From positions 119,970,001 through 120,034,000 of the forward strand of contig NC_059427.1 in assembly GCF_021028975.2 (NCBI RefSeq): DNA of 64,000 nt, read 5' to 3'. The notes beneath the pieces were generated by a model, which made no database searches, had not been told where the DNA came from, and saw only the letters and a list, made by a program, of their open reading frames with translations. Shown in pieces: positions 1 to 23,495 of the stretch; positions within the stretch are counted from its first letter, which is position 1, and the number at the start of each line of letters is the position of its first letter. The position numbers and the translations under genes were made by a program. The DNA comes from Sphaerodactylus townsendi (lineage: Eukaryota).

Positions 1-221
1 ATCCATAACATCTGGAGTGCCAAAGGTTCGCCAACACTGGCCTATGGCATGGGGGTTGTAAGGCTAAAAGGGAAAATCATATATGCTAGTGTTAACTACT
101 TAAATGAATCATGGCATAAAAATGGAAAATAAAAGACAAGTGAATGTGTTGGCTCTTGCATGGTACCAGCAAATAGTGTTGATAGATCTTTCCGCCAGCA
201 GTCCTTTAAAGGACCAAAGGA

Positions 222-600
222 CAGCATGGTGTAGTGGCAGAGGCATAGCAAAGGGGGAAAGCGCCCGGTGCACTGGTGCGGCCTCTGCCCCCGCCCTGCC
301 CCCACCACACCCCCACAGGGGGCGCGCCCAGTGCATCGCACACACCCATGGCCCCCTCGGAGCTACACCTCTGTGTAGTGGTTAAGAGTGGGGAACTCTT
401 GTCTGGAGAACCGGATTTGATTCCCCACACCTCCACATAAAAGCCTGCTGGGTGGCCTTGGGCCAGTCATAGTTCTCTCAGACTTCTCTCAGCCCCACCC
501 ACCTCACAATAGGCCTGTTATGGGGAGAGGAAGGGAAGGAGTGTGTAATCCACTTTAACTCTCCTTACAGGAGAGAATGGTGGAGTATAAATCCAAACTC
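222..600 (+). mobile_element. tRNA-derived squamate SINE interrupted by a MITE
   Basis: Box A-like TGGTGTAGTGG, box B-like GATTTGATTCCC; homologous to copies at 1114 and 11797. Confidence 0.75.
238..373. mobile_element. hAT-type MITE
   Basis: TIR CAGAGGCATAGC / GCTACACCTCTG, 8-bp TSD TGTAGTGG. Confidence 0.85.
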
Positions 601-1113
601 ATTTATATAAAGTATTTGTGAAGTGCTGAGAAAAAAATCACTCAGGATATTGTGCAATGTGCTCCCATATCTTTTGGCCCTGCAGCAGTAATGATGATTC
701 TCTAGGTCGCATGTCCTATAGTGTTTTCTTGAACTTCATGCTACAACTATGTTTTGTGCAGCTTGTACCAGTACAAAGAGTCTTCTTTACTGCCCTTTCT
801 TCTTATGTGCTAGCAACCTCTAGTGGTTATTACTATATTTTTTCACGTATCAAGATTCTTTTTAAAACAGACAGATATAGGAGAGGTTGGAAGCAAATTA
901 GAAAAACAGTTCTGTACATTTGACTAGAGTTCAGCCAAATATTCAGAGAATGAACCAAGTTAAATGAAAGCACCTTCAAGTATCAGCACTTCACTAACAC
1001 CAGCTGACCTGGCATCTGCCCAACTTATTCACCATTACTTCAGGATACTGACAAGATATAGTGTAGGAAGAATCAACATGGTGAATCCAGTTTTGTTGTT
1101 CACTTATGAATAC

Positions 1114-1548
1114 AAGAAGAAGAAGAAGAAGAGTTTGAATTTAGGAAGGAGTCTCCTGCAAGGAGACTCAAGGTGGCTTACAAACTCCTTTCCCTTCCTC
1201 TCCCCACAACAGACACCCTATGAAGCAAGTAGGGCTACAAGAGTTCTAAAAACTGTGACTAGCCCAGTGGCATAGCGCCAAGGGGGCGGGGGCGAGGGGT
1301 ACACGATGCACCGAGTGTGCTCCAGTACAGGGGCATGGCAGGGCCCAGGGCGCACATGTGCCCCAGGTGCAGTTCCACCTCGCTCTGGCCCATGACTAGT
1401 CCAAGATAATTCAGCAGGAATGTAGGAGTGCAGAAACACATCTGCTTCACCAGATAAACCTCTGCCACTTAGGTGGAGGAGTGGGAATCAAACTCAGTTC
1501 TCCAGATTAGGATCCACCTGCTCTTAACCACTACACCACACTGCCTCT
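1114..1548 (-). mobile_element. tRNA-derived SINE with (TCT)n tail, interrupted by a GC-rich MITE (~1265-1388)
   Basis: Homology to 11797-12058. Confidence 0.7.
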
Positions 1549-2100
1549 CTTCAGACAAGTCTGAAGAAGATGGTGGCAGATAACAAAGTCTCTGACACTT
1601 CAATCCCTGTCAAAAATATTAAATATTTCCTGGGAATGTTGGACTAATATCTGCAAAACTTGGGTCTGAAGCTGCACTCATACCATGGAAGCTTGCTGGG
1701 TTATCTTGGGCCAGTCATATGCTCTCAGCCTACCTTACAGGATTGTTGTGAGGATAAAATGTAGGAGAAAAGAATGATATGAGCAAGTTTGGGGAGAAAG
1801 GGGGGTATAAATGAATTAATAAATAAAAGGGTCAAAGGAGCTTTCTGAGTTTGTCCACTGAAGTTACAAAATGTGATGGTGAAAACATGACAGCTTATTT
1901 TAATGGCAAAACTGGATTTCATGACTATCAAGTGTAATTAGGAAAAAGTTCCTTGATCACACGATAGATACCACTAGTTTCATAGGGACATTATCAAGTG
2001 TATTCAGTGGATAGTTTTAATTCAAAAATTTCTGTCCAGTAAATGTTTTTGTCACCTGATGCATTCTGTATCTTTGTTGGTTCTCTCACCAAAAGTCAAA

Positions 2101-2149
2101 TGTTTATTTATTTGTTTGTTTGTTTGTTTGTTTGTTTGTTTGTTTGTTT
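2101..2149. repeat. (TTTG)n microsatellite
   Basis: Direct reading. Confidence 0.9.
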
Positions 2150-2352
2150 ATGGAGGGGTCTATTAGTAGCTTGCAAATTAAATAGTGATTCCCAGTATCC
2201 TGTCAAGGAAATCTGAATCTGGTCATTCTCTGGAAAAGAGATTTGTCTGCAGAAGGCATTTCAGTTGTAGCCTTTGAGCTGTTCATAGATGAGTAAAGGA
2301 AAAGGGGTGGTGTGCAAATACAGAAAAAACATACACACCTTGATTTCCATCA

Positions 2353-12465
<10,113 letters not shown>

Positions 12466-13669
12466 CTAGAACATTTCCCCAGACTTTTAGTAAACGTTTC
12501 ATTTTGCCACCTCGGTGCATTCAGAATTCCTTCCCCACTTGCTTGTAAAGTAACAATCTTTCTATCCAGGTTTGCATAAGCATGGCCTAAATTCCCTTTA
12601 TACATTATATGTCACCCTTCTGCCACAATGGGGCATTCAATATGACCTACAGTAAATAAACAATATAAAAACATACTTAATGATAAAAAGTGATAGAAGA
12701 ACCAAAATCAGTCATTGGTGCGGGAGGGCCACACTTAAGCACCAAAGGCTCAGATGAACAGGAGAGATTTTGCCTGGCAGCTTAATGATGATTAAGATGA
12801 TACCAGGTAAACATGTGGGTGGAAGTTCCATAATCAGGTTGCAACCACAAAAAGAGTTGTTTCCATTATCAACCACCTAGCTTTTGAAGGCAAGGATAAA
12901 CAGAGGCTTCTGTTGATTATCTAAACTGTTGGGCAAGCTCATGTAGAGAAGGCAAATGTTCCTTCATTCATAGCATCTGCATACAGTTCCATGTATGAAC
13001 CCTTATCTCTCTTTTTGTTGACTTCAAGCACTTATTCAGAATAGCCAGTGCTTTATCTCCTGCATTAGATGAAAAGATAAAATAGAGTTGGGTGTCACCT
13101 GTGCATGGTTGACCTCATCATAAACCTCCCTCCAGACTGCCTCTCCCAGGGATTCCAGGTAAATGTTAAATATTATGGGCAACAAAATAGAGTTCTGGTA
13201 TGCTGTTGCACAAACACCACCTTCTATAATTCAATAGTTTTATTATAGAATTGCATAATTGATGTGCCCAATGGCAGTGGAACAAATGCAATGAAGTGCC
13301 TCCAGCCCCCAGTTCTTATAGGCTGCCCAAGAGTATACCATGACACTGAAAGTCACTGAGAGTTTCAGGAGAATAAACGTGGTTACACTCCTCTAATCTG
13401 TCTCCCAACACTAAACTGTTCAATGTGATGAGGAAGACAGTGTCAGTCCCAGACTACAAACAACATTAAATGGATCAAGGTATTCAGAATCCTCCAAATC
13501 TCAAATTGGATTACTGATACTAGCGTTGCCAATTTCCCCTGGCCACTGGTGAAGGATGGGTTGTAGGGCTGCCAGATCCAGGATGGACAACTCCTGAATA
13601 TTTGGGGATGGAGTCTGGGGAGGACAGGGACCTTAGAGGGGTAGGTTGCCAAAAGTCCACCCTCTAGAG

Positions 13670-13817
13670 CAGGGGTAGGGAACCTGCGGCTCTCCAGATG
13701 TTCAGGAACTACAATTCCCATCAGCCTCTGTCAGCATGGCCAATTGGCCATGCTGGTAGGGGCTGATGGGAATTGTAGTTCCTGAACATCTGGAGAGCCG
13801 CAGGTTCCCTACCCCTG
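13670..13817. mobile_element. Palindromic hAT-type MITE nested in an older TIR element (~13521-13920)
   Basis: Near-perfect 148-nt palindrome CAGGGGTAGGGAACC...GGTTCCCTACCCCTG; TSD CTCTAGAG. Confidence 0.9.
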
Positions 13818-15357
13818 CTCTAGAGCATCAATTTAATTCAGGGAAACTGATCTCTATAATCTGGAGATGAACTTTAATTCCTGGGGAGTCCTGTATTCCA
13901 CTCGGAAGCTGGCATCTCTAATTGACTCCAACTCAAGCACTTTGCTCCCCAAAAGGGATATTAGTGATAAGATGACAGAAATACCATTGAGATCCAGGGA
14001 ATGTATTAAGGAATGGCCTCACAGTCTCTTTTTTCAAAGCAGAGAGGACTGTGTTCTTGCTTCCTCTCTATGCATAATTCAAAACCTCCTAGATTCCATA
14101 AGCCTTGGCTAGTGGTTATCAACTAAGATGGGCAGGCACACAATGGTAGGCCATAAATCTTCAAGCACCCCAGTCTACGATAACTGAAAGTGGGTCGAAC
14201 AAAAAGCGAACGAGACACAACTAAAAAGTCCTGCATTAGCACTGTACTGCACTTATTCCTTCATCTCCCTCGTTTAAACCTCATGTCAGCAGTCCCCAAC
14301 CTTTTTGAAGGTGTGGGCACTTTTAGAATCCTGACATGCTGACATGCTATGGTGGATACAGCCACAAAATGACTGCCACTGGAGGTGGGGTCAGCCACAA
14401 AATGGTTGCTATAGCTTTACTTCAGTCACACCATGGAGATTTTTGTGCTGTGGTGGCTACTGCCAGCAAAGCAACATTTTAAAAAATCTGCACAGCCAAT
14501 CAAATCTCCAATAGCCAATTATTGTAGCTGTTAATTTCTGATTTTGCAAATTAAACAGTGATTCCATACTATCTAATACAGACAGATCTACCACCTGATA
14601 TAAGGTTGGTCTGGATGCATTGATAGTTCTCTATGATGTCCAGTGAAAGGATTAATATTTTCAAATAGGCAAATTCTCTACATTTTTTTCCCCAAAGTAT
14701 AATTTGGTATAATTTAGTAAGGCTGGCTAGAACACATATTTTAAACTGCCATAGTCAGATGAATATGAATTTCAAGTCGGCTTCATATGTTGTTTCTCTC
14801 ACAGAAAGATGTCTTTACACAGAGAATGGAGCAGGGAAACTCCACGTGGTCACACAATGAAATACACTTGTGCATAATTGCCCTGCATAATGACCACACA
14901 TTACCTCAACCAAAATGCTTTCCACGGGCAAAAATTGAAGCAGCTCCCAGAGAGCTTGTGGAAATGTCTCAACAATGTATATAGGGGTGAGGTATTTATT
15001 TTACCTTACAACCGCATATATACATTTGGGAATGTTCTAGGAGAGCTGTCCTTTATCTGATGCTCTGGATTGTGGGATTCTTGGAATGCTGGAAGGGGAG
15101 AGCCCTACTGAAGACTACCTGATTTGTGAAGGCCTGCTTGGACCCAAACTTCCAACCAAAGTTAGACCCACTATACTAGCGTTCCCAGGTGATTCATATG
15201 ATAATGAACTGGCTAATTAAGGGCAGAATGAAATCCAAGACCCTCACTTCACACCTGTTGGTCGTGGCTTCCATTTGCCTCCATGTTGTCCTTCCTGCCG
15301 AAGTACAGGGCTTCTAAAGGGTCAAAATTTTAAAAATAATCTCACAACAAGGCTCTT

Positions 15358-15376
15358 CCGCCACTAGAGGGAGACC
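15358..15376 (+). promoter_or_regulatory. CTCF-like motif between TEN1 3' end and CDK3
   Basis: CCGCCACTAGAGGGAGACC closely matches the CTCF core CCACYAGRGGGMG. Confidence 0.55.
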
Positions 15377-17999
15377 TAAAATAAGGCTTTTAGCCAAATA
15401 CTGAAAAAGTTAGGGAAATCTATTTTCAGCTTTATCTAAACCGTAGCCCAAATGTCTACCAACCGATGAGGAGGCTGCAGCCAGTAGGTAGGAACAACTG
15501 ATGTCGCAAATTTTCTAAGCTCTGACATAACAGTGCATCTGAAAATTAGGGAAGGCAAATAACGGAAATCAGTTTAACTGGATTTACCTATTGCTGTACA
15601 AGACAATAGATTTCTTTACAGAGCCTTGGAGACATTATTTGTAGAGCATGCTGTTATTATCCACAACACATCTATTTCATTATTCTTGTCTCCATAATGA
15701 TCTCAGCTACTGGTGGCAGCCCGTCAAGGAATACTCATGAAAAGCCAAACTAATCCTAATCCCAGAAACACAGCCAATCCAGCATCAATATATTTGTTAA
15801 TATTTGTTATGTCTCTCATGGGCAGCAATTGGACAATGCCTAAGATGAATAACACTTTCCCCTCAACCCTCCCCCACAACTTGAGCCATTTTTAAACCTT
15901 TTAAAAGGTTTTAAAAATCTTTTTAAAATGCCACACACAAAAGTAACTTTTAAAATGCAAAACACACCCCAATAGTCCCAAGGCTACCCTTATTAAAAGT
16001 TCCACATTTCAGAAATGTGTCCTCATTTTTTAAATTTTGGAATCATTGTTGGTACTGAATCAGTGAACATTGTGGCTGCAAAATAATCATCTGTATGCAG
16101 CCATTGGTGCCATTTTGAAATCCACAAATTTGGGGTAGTGTTAAGAGTAGATGTTCAGTGTTTAGGAATGGAATGATATCTGTAATTTGTATTCATGACT
16201 GTAAACACAGAATTAGAAGGGGGAAATAGGCATTCAGAACTGATCTGTGATGTAAGTGTACAATCTCTGTATGTAGTATGGGTATGGAGACTAAATCAAA
16301 TGTCCATTGGCATCCAAAACTGTCTGTTTTGGGGGGTTTTCTGGGTAAATCATATAAGACATATAAGCTCTTAAACTGGAAACAAGTAATAAAAAACCTG
16401 TTACTGCTTGCTTGCACAGGCACCTTTACCCTTTATTGCTACTAACATGAGTTGACAATACCAATATTAGAAATAGAAATGTTATGCTAGGATAAATACC
16501 TTGTAGAATTAACATGTTTGTATTGGCCTCCTAAATGGTTAACAATTCTGAACATCCAAGGAAGAAAATTTAATAACACCAATATCAAGATGGATCCATT
16601 CCTTTCCTTGGAAAGTTTCATTGCATGATGGGCAGCCAAATTCAGAGGAGAGGGCCCCAATATGCATCCTGAAAGTGGTGTGGGCACACACCTACCTGTT
16701 TGCCCACATCACTGGTGAAAGTGCCACCTATGCTGGCAAGGAGGGCAAGCACAGAGCTGTGCAGTACCCAATCCGGAACAGGCTGTCTCCCCCAGATCTA
16801 TGCTGGGATAATAGAGGACACTAGGATGACTTGGGGTGACCTAGGGGTGTTCCCAGGGTTGGACCCGACTTCTGCTGGCATGTTCCCAGGCTTGGAAACC
16901 CGCCCCTCCCCCCAGGCCGTAGTCTTACACCACAGGAAATCAGGGTGTAAGCCTGCTAGCCCTATAGGGCTATTCAGGCAGCAGGAGGGTTTTGGAATTT
17001 CTCTACTTTCTACACTGCCTGAAACTGCTTTAGAGGTGGCGTGGCACCACCTTCGCCTTGACATCCCCAGCTGCTGCAGAGCTCTCCTCCCAGCCTGGAC
17101 TGGACTGTGTTATTCAGAATAGCATCACTGCCACAGGTCTGAATACATTATGAGATTCTATATGGAGTTAATGCAACATATCTTATTTCTAAAGAAAGAT
17201 TTTTAATTCTAATGCAGCTACTGGTTAATTCACTGATGCTTTTGTTTATTTATTTCTTGCTATTTATTTTATAACAGGTATATGTTGAGCTTTTGTTTAT
17301 TTATTTCTTGCTATTTATTTATAACAGGTATATGCTGATTTTCCATCAAGAAGCTCACAGGAACTTACAATTTAAAATAGGAAAAGACAACACAGCAAAA
17401 TAAATATTCTCTCTGACACAAACCATAATACTTGAAATAGCAGTAATACCCACTCTTTTCAAGGCCAGAAAAGAGTAAGTACGATGCATCCTATAAAACT
17501 ACATGTAAACCCGGTATGAATTCTACAAAAGTATAATGGGAGGTGTAAAATTGAAACTCAAAGAATCAAACAAGTCATGCAGTAATGCTACTGGCTTGTT
17601 AAGCAGGGATTTAAAATAGACCTCCACAAATGCTAGTCAACATCTTTTAGAAGCCCTTATCTTTTACAGTATTGCTACAAAGTCATGAAGTCTGCAAGAG
17701 ACTGCCAGTCCAGCTCTGTTGATAAACTCTACCATAGTGATCATGTAGCAAAGGATTAGACAAAATTGCCCATCCCTGAGACGAGAATGAACATCTGAAC
17801 AGGGAGAAATGATCTGCGAGTCTGTCTCAAGGGAAAGTCAGAGATCATTTCAGTTCTGAGATCGTTAAAGGGTTTTTTTAAAACCACAGAATATTTAAAA
17901 GCTTGCTTCTAGACACTAAGGATTAAGGTCTACTTCCATTATTTTGAAATACTCCATATGAAGTGTTAATAAATGTATCTATTTCCAAAAAAGTATGAG

Positions 18000-18005
18000 T
18001 TTATT
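18000..18005 (-). terminator. Candidate TEN1 polyadenylation signal
   Basis: AATAAA on minus strand about 330 nt after the stop. Confidence 0.4.
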
Positions 18006-18336
18006 CCATGATTCTGTGATACCATAATATGTCAACTCGTAATACAGAGATCTGCAATAGGTATTAGGCATTTAAGTAACACAAAATACATTCTAAACAA
18101 GGATACAACTTACAAACATTATAAAATACAATGTAAAATCCCCAAAATACAGAAAGCAAATATGCATTCTCTGAGCAATATAAACATGGTGTACTTTAAA
18201 ATGGTCATTACATTCAAGACAGCATTGCACGATGGTAAAGTATATGACAGACACAGGGGTGAAGACAAGGGATGAGCTGGCTATGCTCAATATAACAAGG
18301 ACTGTGTCATTAGTAAATCCTTCCTAAAACATTAAA

Positions 18337-18473
18337 CTAGGAATTGTTTCCCTCCAGCTGCTTCTCTCTCTCCTGGAAATATTCTCTCTGTTCCAATATG
18401 GCCTTCTCCAACAATTGTAGGTTCATCCCTTCCACACATGTAAACACTCTGGCCTTTAGGGTAATTTTTTCAC
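18337..18473 (-). CDS. TEN1: TEN1 last coding exon
   Basis: ..KARVFTCVEGMNLQLLEKAILEQR..; TAG at 18339-18337. Confidence 0.92.
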
Positions 18474-21400
18474 CTTTAAATATAAAAATGAAATCAATCA
18501 GATATGTTGTAATTAGTTTACATTCTCCACAGTCAATAATATAATTTGAGATAGAATCAACATCATTACACTACTGAGAAGCATGGACCAAGGACACAGC
18601 CAGGAATGTGCATGAAATAAGAACAGAAGAGACAAGGGGTGCTGTGTGGTTTCCGGGCTGTATGGCCGTGTTCTAGCAGCATTCTCTCCTGACGTTTTGC
18701 CTGCATCTGTGGCTGGCATCTTCAGAGGATCTGATAGTTGGAAAGGAAAGCAAGTGGAGTATATATACCTGTGAGTGAAGGTCAATAGGTGAGGGCATCT
18801 GAAAAGGAGTGGCCTGTCAACTGAGTAACAACGAAGTGTAGCATGTGAGTAACAATTAAGAGAGCAAGGTCAATAGGTGAGGCATCTGAATAGAAGTAGT
18901 CTGGCCTTTGTTCCCTTTGATTATCTATAGCCATCCTGTGTCTGTGTGGAGCTGACTAGTCACTGTCTTGAATCTAGTGTTTTTCAAAACTGGCAGCCAA
19001 ATTCTGTTCATTTTCATAGTTTCTTCCTTTCTGTTGAAATTGTCCAGAAAAAACAAGCACATGGACAATTTCTTCGACAATATATAGAAGAGACAAGGGC
19101 TCATTTCTAACCCAAATCTAGATATGACAATGACGTAAATGATGAGTGAGTCAGAGACGGGTGGAGGGGATTGACATGTTTGTTCTACAGACTATATGTT
19201 TTCCAGTATCATTACCAAAATCCATTTATGATAACGTGAAAACTTCAAGCTGTGCATGAAGCTTTCAAGAAACTTGCTTGGTATCGTGCAGGTTTTCTTA
19301 GTCTGCTATCTGAGAGTGACTTCCAAAACAACTGCTGTTTTGTGAATTTGTACTTGTCTTCAAAGAACTGCACACACCTCTGTACCTTGGAAGTCAACAG
19401 TGAAGCATTCCATTGACTATCTATCATACCATATAATTATTTAGCACAAGAAGGTATTGCCATCCAGTCTCACTTGGCATGCTACCAAGAATAACTTTTA
19501 ATAAATATTATTATTACTTTGAAGTCATGCCAGCCATTCGATTGAATATACTTGAACCCTGATATTAAGGTGCTGAAGAAACACTGCTAGCGGAGTTTCC
19601 ATTTTTATTTATTTATTTATTTGGTTCAATTTACATGCCGCCCTCCCCTAAGGGCTCGGGGCAGCTTACAATAATAAAACATAACATGGTAAAACTCAAC
19701 AAACAATTCAGACTGCTATTATCACACATCCCTTTGGTTTTGAAATGTCCACTTGCTAAGCTGATGGAAAGCAGCGATTTCTGGGATATTTTCTCACCTA
19801 GTAATAGCAAAAAAGAGAAGAGACAACAAAAACTGGTCTTTTCACAGAACCTTTATCAGTTGCAACGTGTGTGGATATGGGTGTGATTTTGCCATCCATT
19901 CACAGCTGACTTATGGTAGCACTGTAAGGTTTTCAAGGCAAGAGAAGTTTGGTTTGCTCTTGCCTGCTTCTGTGTGAACTGAGAGAGTTCTGAGAGAACT
20001 GTGACTTGTGAAAGGTGACTCAGCAGGGGTCGTTTGGAGGAGTGGGGAATACAGTTCTACAGTTTAGAATCTGCAGCTTTTAACAACTACACCAAACTGG
20101 CTCTCATCTGTTGCTCTACACAAAGCTATGCAAAACATATTGACTGTTTTAAAAAATAGGATGAGTTTCATTCTTACCAAGGTTATAAAAAAGGGCAATG
20201 ATAGGAAATAAAAGAAGTCTTCTGCTAATCACAGATTTTTTTTGTCTAATTTTTTCCTCAGAATTTTGACATTTTTTTGCAGTCCTCAAAAATGGACCTA
20301 TGACCCAAAGCCACTGATAACCAAACAGAACAGTCATGCATTAAAAACCTGAAGCCACAGCCCCAGTGAACCTCCTAAGAGAAGGTGATTTCAATTTCCA
20401 TGCCTGTCAGTTGTGAGAGTGTTTCACGCTGAACAGTGTTGTAGACAACCAAAAATACCATTGTAATGGCACGTACTGGTACTTGTTCCTTGAGATAATC
20501 TCATCTAAACAGTCTCCAGAATCTGCATTTTTTTTCCTGCTGAGAAATCTGCAAAGTTAGTGAAATCCAGATAGGAATCTGTAAGTCACAACAAGTTGTG
20601 AAAATAGCTTGATTAAATTGTGCTCTTTACTGCTATCTCACAGTTCTAGAAAGCAAAAACGCATCACAAACTGGACTGGAAAATGATCTTACGCATAAGC
20701 CAATCTGATTTCCCTTCTAGCAAAAGAAATGTCTCAAGGCTGGTCTCTCTGTTCCCAAGGTACATTTCCTTGGCCCACCGAAGAAGAAAACTCAGATCTT
20801 ACCATTTCCAAGTTCAGTTTCCCCCAGGACAATATACAGAGACCCAAGCTGCGCTTGGAATGGTTCTACAAACTTGGTACAGACTGAGATGTGATGCTGA
20901 ACTGAATTGTGCTGAGCTGTTAAAATGGCTTCAGAGTTGACCAAATCATAAGAGTATAATCTGAAAGACAAAAAGTTGGGCTTTAAACACAGTTCTTAAT
21001 ATTTCATTTATTAAGACATTTGGAGTCTCCATAAACGCAGACAGTGCCATATATCCTGATGAATATATGGATTAATTTTTATTAGGTACTTAAATAAATC
21101 CTCTGCTTTGATTTTATTTAAACAGATAGTAGTGGAGGAGTTATTAATCTGTTTACTTTTTTAAACCCTTCCTTTCTTAAGGCAGATTACAAAACATAAA
21201 ATCAATGCCGTTGGACAGCATAAAACATCAAATAGTGCAACAGGACTAATAATGCTAACTATAGTGTAGAGATTAGAATGTCAGAGGAAGATCTGGAATG
21301 CCCACTTTCAAATCCCTAGTCCACTATGGAAACTTGCTGGGTGACTTTGGGTCAGCCATGTTCTTTGAGAATAACTCAGGAACCACCTGGCTGTGCTGAT

Positions 21401-22672
21401 AAATAAGTGAAGCCAAACAAAGGCTGCCTCACAGATTTTTTGCTTCTGATACAGAACCTCTGTGAGAGGAAAATAGAGCCCTTTCCGCACCACAAAGGTG
21501 CGGGGGGGTGTCGGCATAAACAATGCCGACGAACACACCCCGGACTGTTCGCATGGACGGTCCCGGGAGGGCAACAGGCGGCAGCACAGCCTTCGCACAG
21601 GCTGCACCGTTGCTGAACGCCTACCTTGTCTCCTGGCTCGTCACAGAGGCCAGGGGACATGCCCCCTCAGCCTGGAGCGACGGCTCTGGAGTCACAGGCC
21701 AGGGGGGCGTGTCCAGTGGTGGGATCCAAAAATTTTAATAACAGGTTCCGATGGTGGTGGGATTCAAACAGTGGCGCCACCGCGCACACATACCTCCAGT
21801 CCCTATTGGGCAGTGCCCTTCTTGGCACTCAGAAAAAATTAGTAACCAGAAGTGGTGAGAACTGATTGGATCCCACCTCTGGGTGTGTCCCCTGGCCTCT
21901 GCGACGAGCTGGAAGCCAGGAGACAATGTAGGCGTTCAGGGACGGTGCGGGGGAAATGGTGCCTTCAGCGGTTGGAAGATGCTGCTTCCGAAAAACCTTG
22001 CTCAGGGAGCGAGATTCGGAAGCAGCGTCTTCGTGCCACTCAGGGGTTGCGAACCCCTCCCCAGGGACGCTGTTTTTAGCGTCCCTGGGGTGCTCTTTCC
22101 TGTCCATGAGGAAAGGGCCTAAGTTTGTAATAGCTCAGTGGTGGTACAGTTGTTTCTCCAGGTTGAGGAATGAATATGGATATAATTCAAGGCCTGTTAA
22201 AAAGTATGGAAACGAAAACATGAAGTGGTGGTAGTGTATGGAGAAGAACAGACAGAGAAAAAAATCAGAAAGAAAATGAAAATTTCACAGGAATTAAAAA
22301 ATTATATAGCAATTATATTTCTTCCAGCATTTGCATGTGTATGAAGGCACTCTTATAAATTCTAATGTGAAAGAAGTGAGAGAGAGGAACAAAAAAAAAA
22401 GCATGGCTAGCTTGGCCAAAAGTAGCAGAATATAGAATTTAATAGAAAATAGAATAACTTAGAAAAACAAATGAGTGCAGCAAGAGTGAGTGGGGAAACC
22501 CAAAGATTAACTCCTTTGTCTTTTATAGAGGCTTCCCCTCTTCTCCTCATATTTACCACTGAGGCTGGAAGTGCACAAACCTGCCAAATGTCCTGAGTGC
22601 CTGGCCTTCAGGGACTGAAGCCAAGTTTACCTCCCAAGGAAAGTAATACTTTGCTGCATCAGGTAGATTCAT
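18337..22672 (-). CDS. TEN1: CST complex subunit TEN1, complete, 128 aa (exons 22581-22672, 20803-20960, 18337-18473)
   Basis: MNLPDAAKYYFPWEVNLASVPEGQALRTFGR LYSYDLVNSEAILTAQHNSVQHHISVCTKFVEPFQAQLGSLYIVLGETELGNG EKITLKARVFTCVEGMNLQLLEKAILEQREYFQEREKQLEGNNS*. 92+158+137=387 nt in frame. Motifs match vertebrate TEN1, and the gene is head-to-head with ACOX1. Confidence 0.93.
18636..19085 (-). mobile_element. Truncated Penelope-like retroelement with GIY-YIG C-terminal remnant and mutated hammerhead core
   Basis: Minus strand DNFNRKEETMKMNRIWLPVLKNT; flanking direct repeat AGAAGAGACAAGGG at 18625-18638 and 19086-19099. Confidence 0.75.
20803..20960 (-). CDS. TEN1: TEN1 second coding exon
   Basis: ..VCTKFVEPFQAQLGSLYIVLGE..; tctttcag acceptor, gtaaga donor. 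Confidence 0.93.
21479..22118. mobile_element. Long inverted-repeat MITE with a nested hAT MITE at 21714-21881
   Basis: Ends GCCCTTTCCGCA / TGAGGAAAGGGC; inner TIR CAGTGGTGGGATCC / GGATCCCACCTCTG with TSD GGYGTGTC. Confidence 0.75.
22581..22672 (-). CDS. TEN1: TEN1 first coding exon (exon extends to acceptor at 22696)
   Basis: MNLPDAAKYYFPWEV...LRTFG; donor AG|gtttg. Confidence 0.92.
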
Positions 22673-23495
22673 TATAGCTGCTCTTGAGGGTGGGTCCTAC
22701 AAATAGACCAAATTTGACACAAGCATTTAAAAGGGAACTTTCCACTTCAAAGTATGCCTATCCCAAACTGAACCAAGCAATGAGATCCTATTGTTCTTTG
22801 TCACGTAGAAATGAAACTATCTTTTGTTCTCACATAGAATAGTTTTTTTAAAAAGTTCACCACAGGAAAAGCAAACCCTATCTGGCTTATATCATAATAA
22901 TACTGCTCATTTAGTAATATTTATAGGACTTTAAATAGTCCACAAATGTTATGATCAGCTTGTTTCATTTGTCTTCATAACAACCCTGCAAAAGACACAA
23001 TTTTCTTGTATTTTGCAAACCAGATGCAATATCTATCACACTATTCCTTTACTCCAGAGTACATTGGCCCTTAAGAATAGGATTGAGTGACCTTAGGCAT
23101 TTCAAGTTCAGTTGCACTAAATTATGCATAGGTTTTAATTTTTCATAAGTTAGCCTGGAGTTCTGTTTTCTTTTGCAATCCTTCCTCAGGCTTATTTTGT
23201 GTAACTACAAGCAATCCTTAAAAGACAAGTCTGTCCACCAAGGATAGTAGTGCAGTCTGAAATTCAAGTGACTCTTGTAGCATCTTTGAATCTAATCAAA
23301 TGTTATTCCAGCACAAATGTTCACAGACTAAGCCTACTTCTTCAACAAATATATGACATGGGGTGGAATTGGGAACAAGAAAAGAGGGGGGGGGGCATAT
23401 ATAAATCCAAATCTAATTAGGGAAAACACAAAGAAAATTGTTTCAGGCAGGCAGCCATGTTAAGCCTCTCAAAAGTGGGATCCAGAACCACCTAA

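Noticed and set aside
225-430. tRNA gene
   Set aside because: The A/B boxes belong to SINE heads and there is no cloverleaf. No rRNA or CRISPR array was seen anywhere in the window.
19245-19427. 60-aa ORF in TEN1 intron (MIDSQWNASLL...)
   Set aside because: No recognisable homology or supporting splice structure
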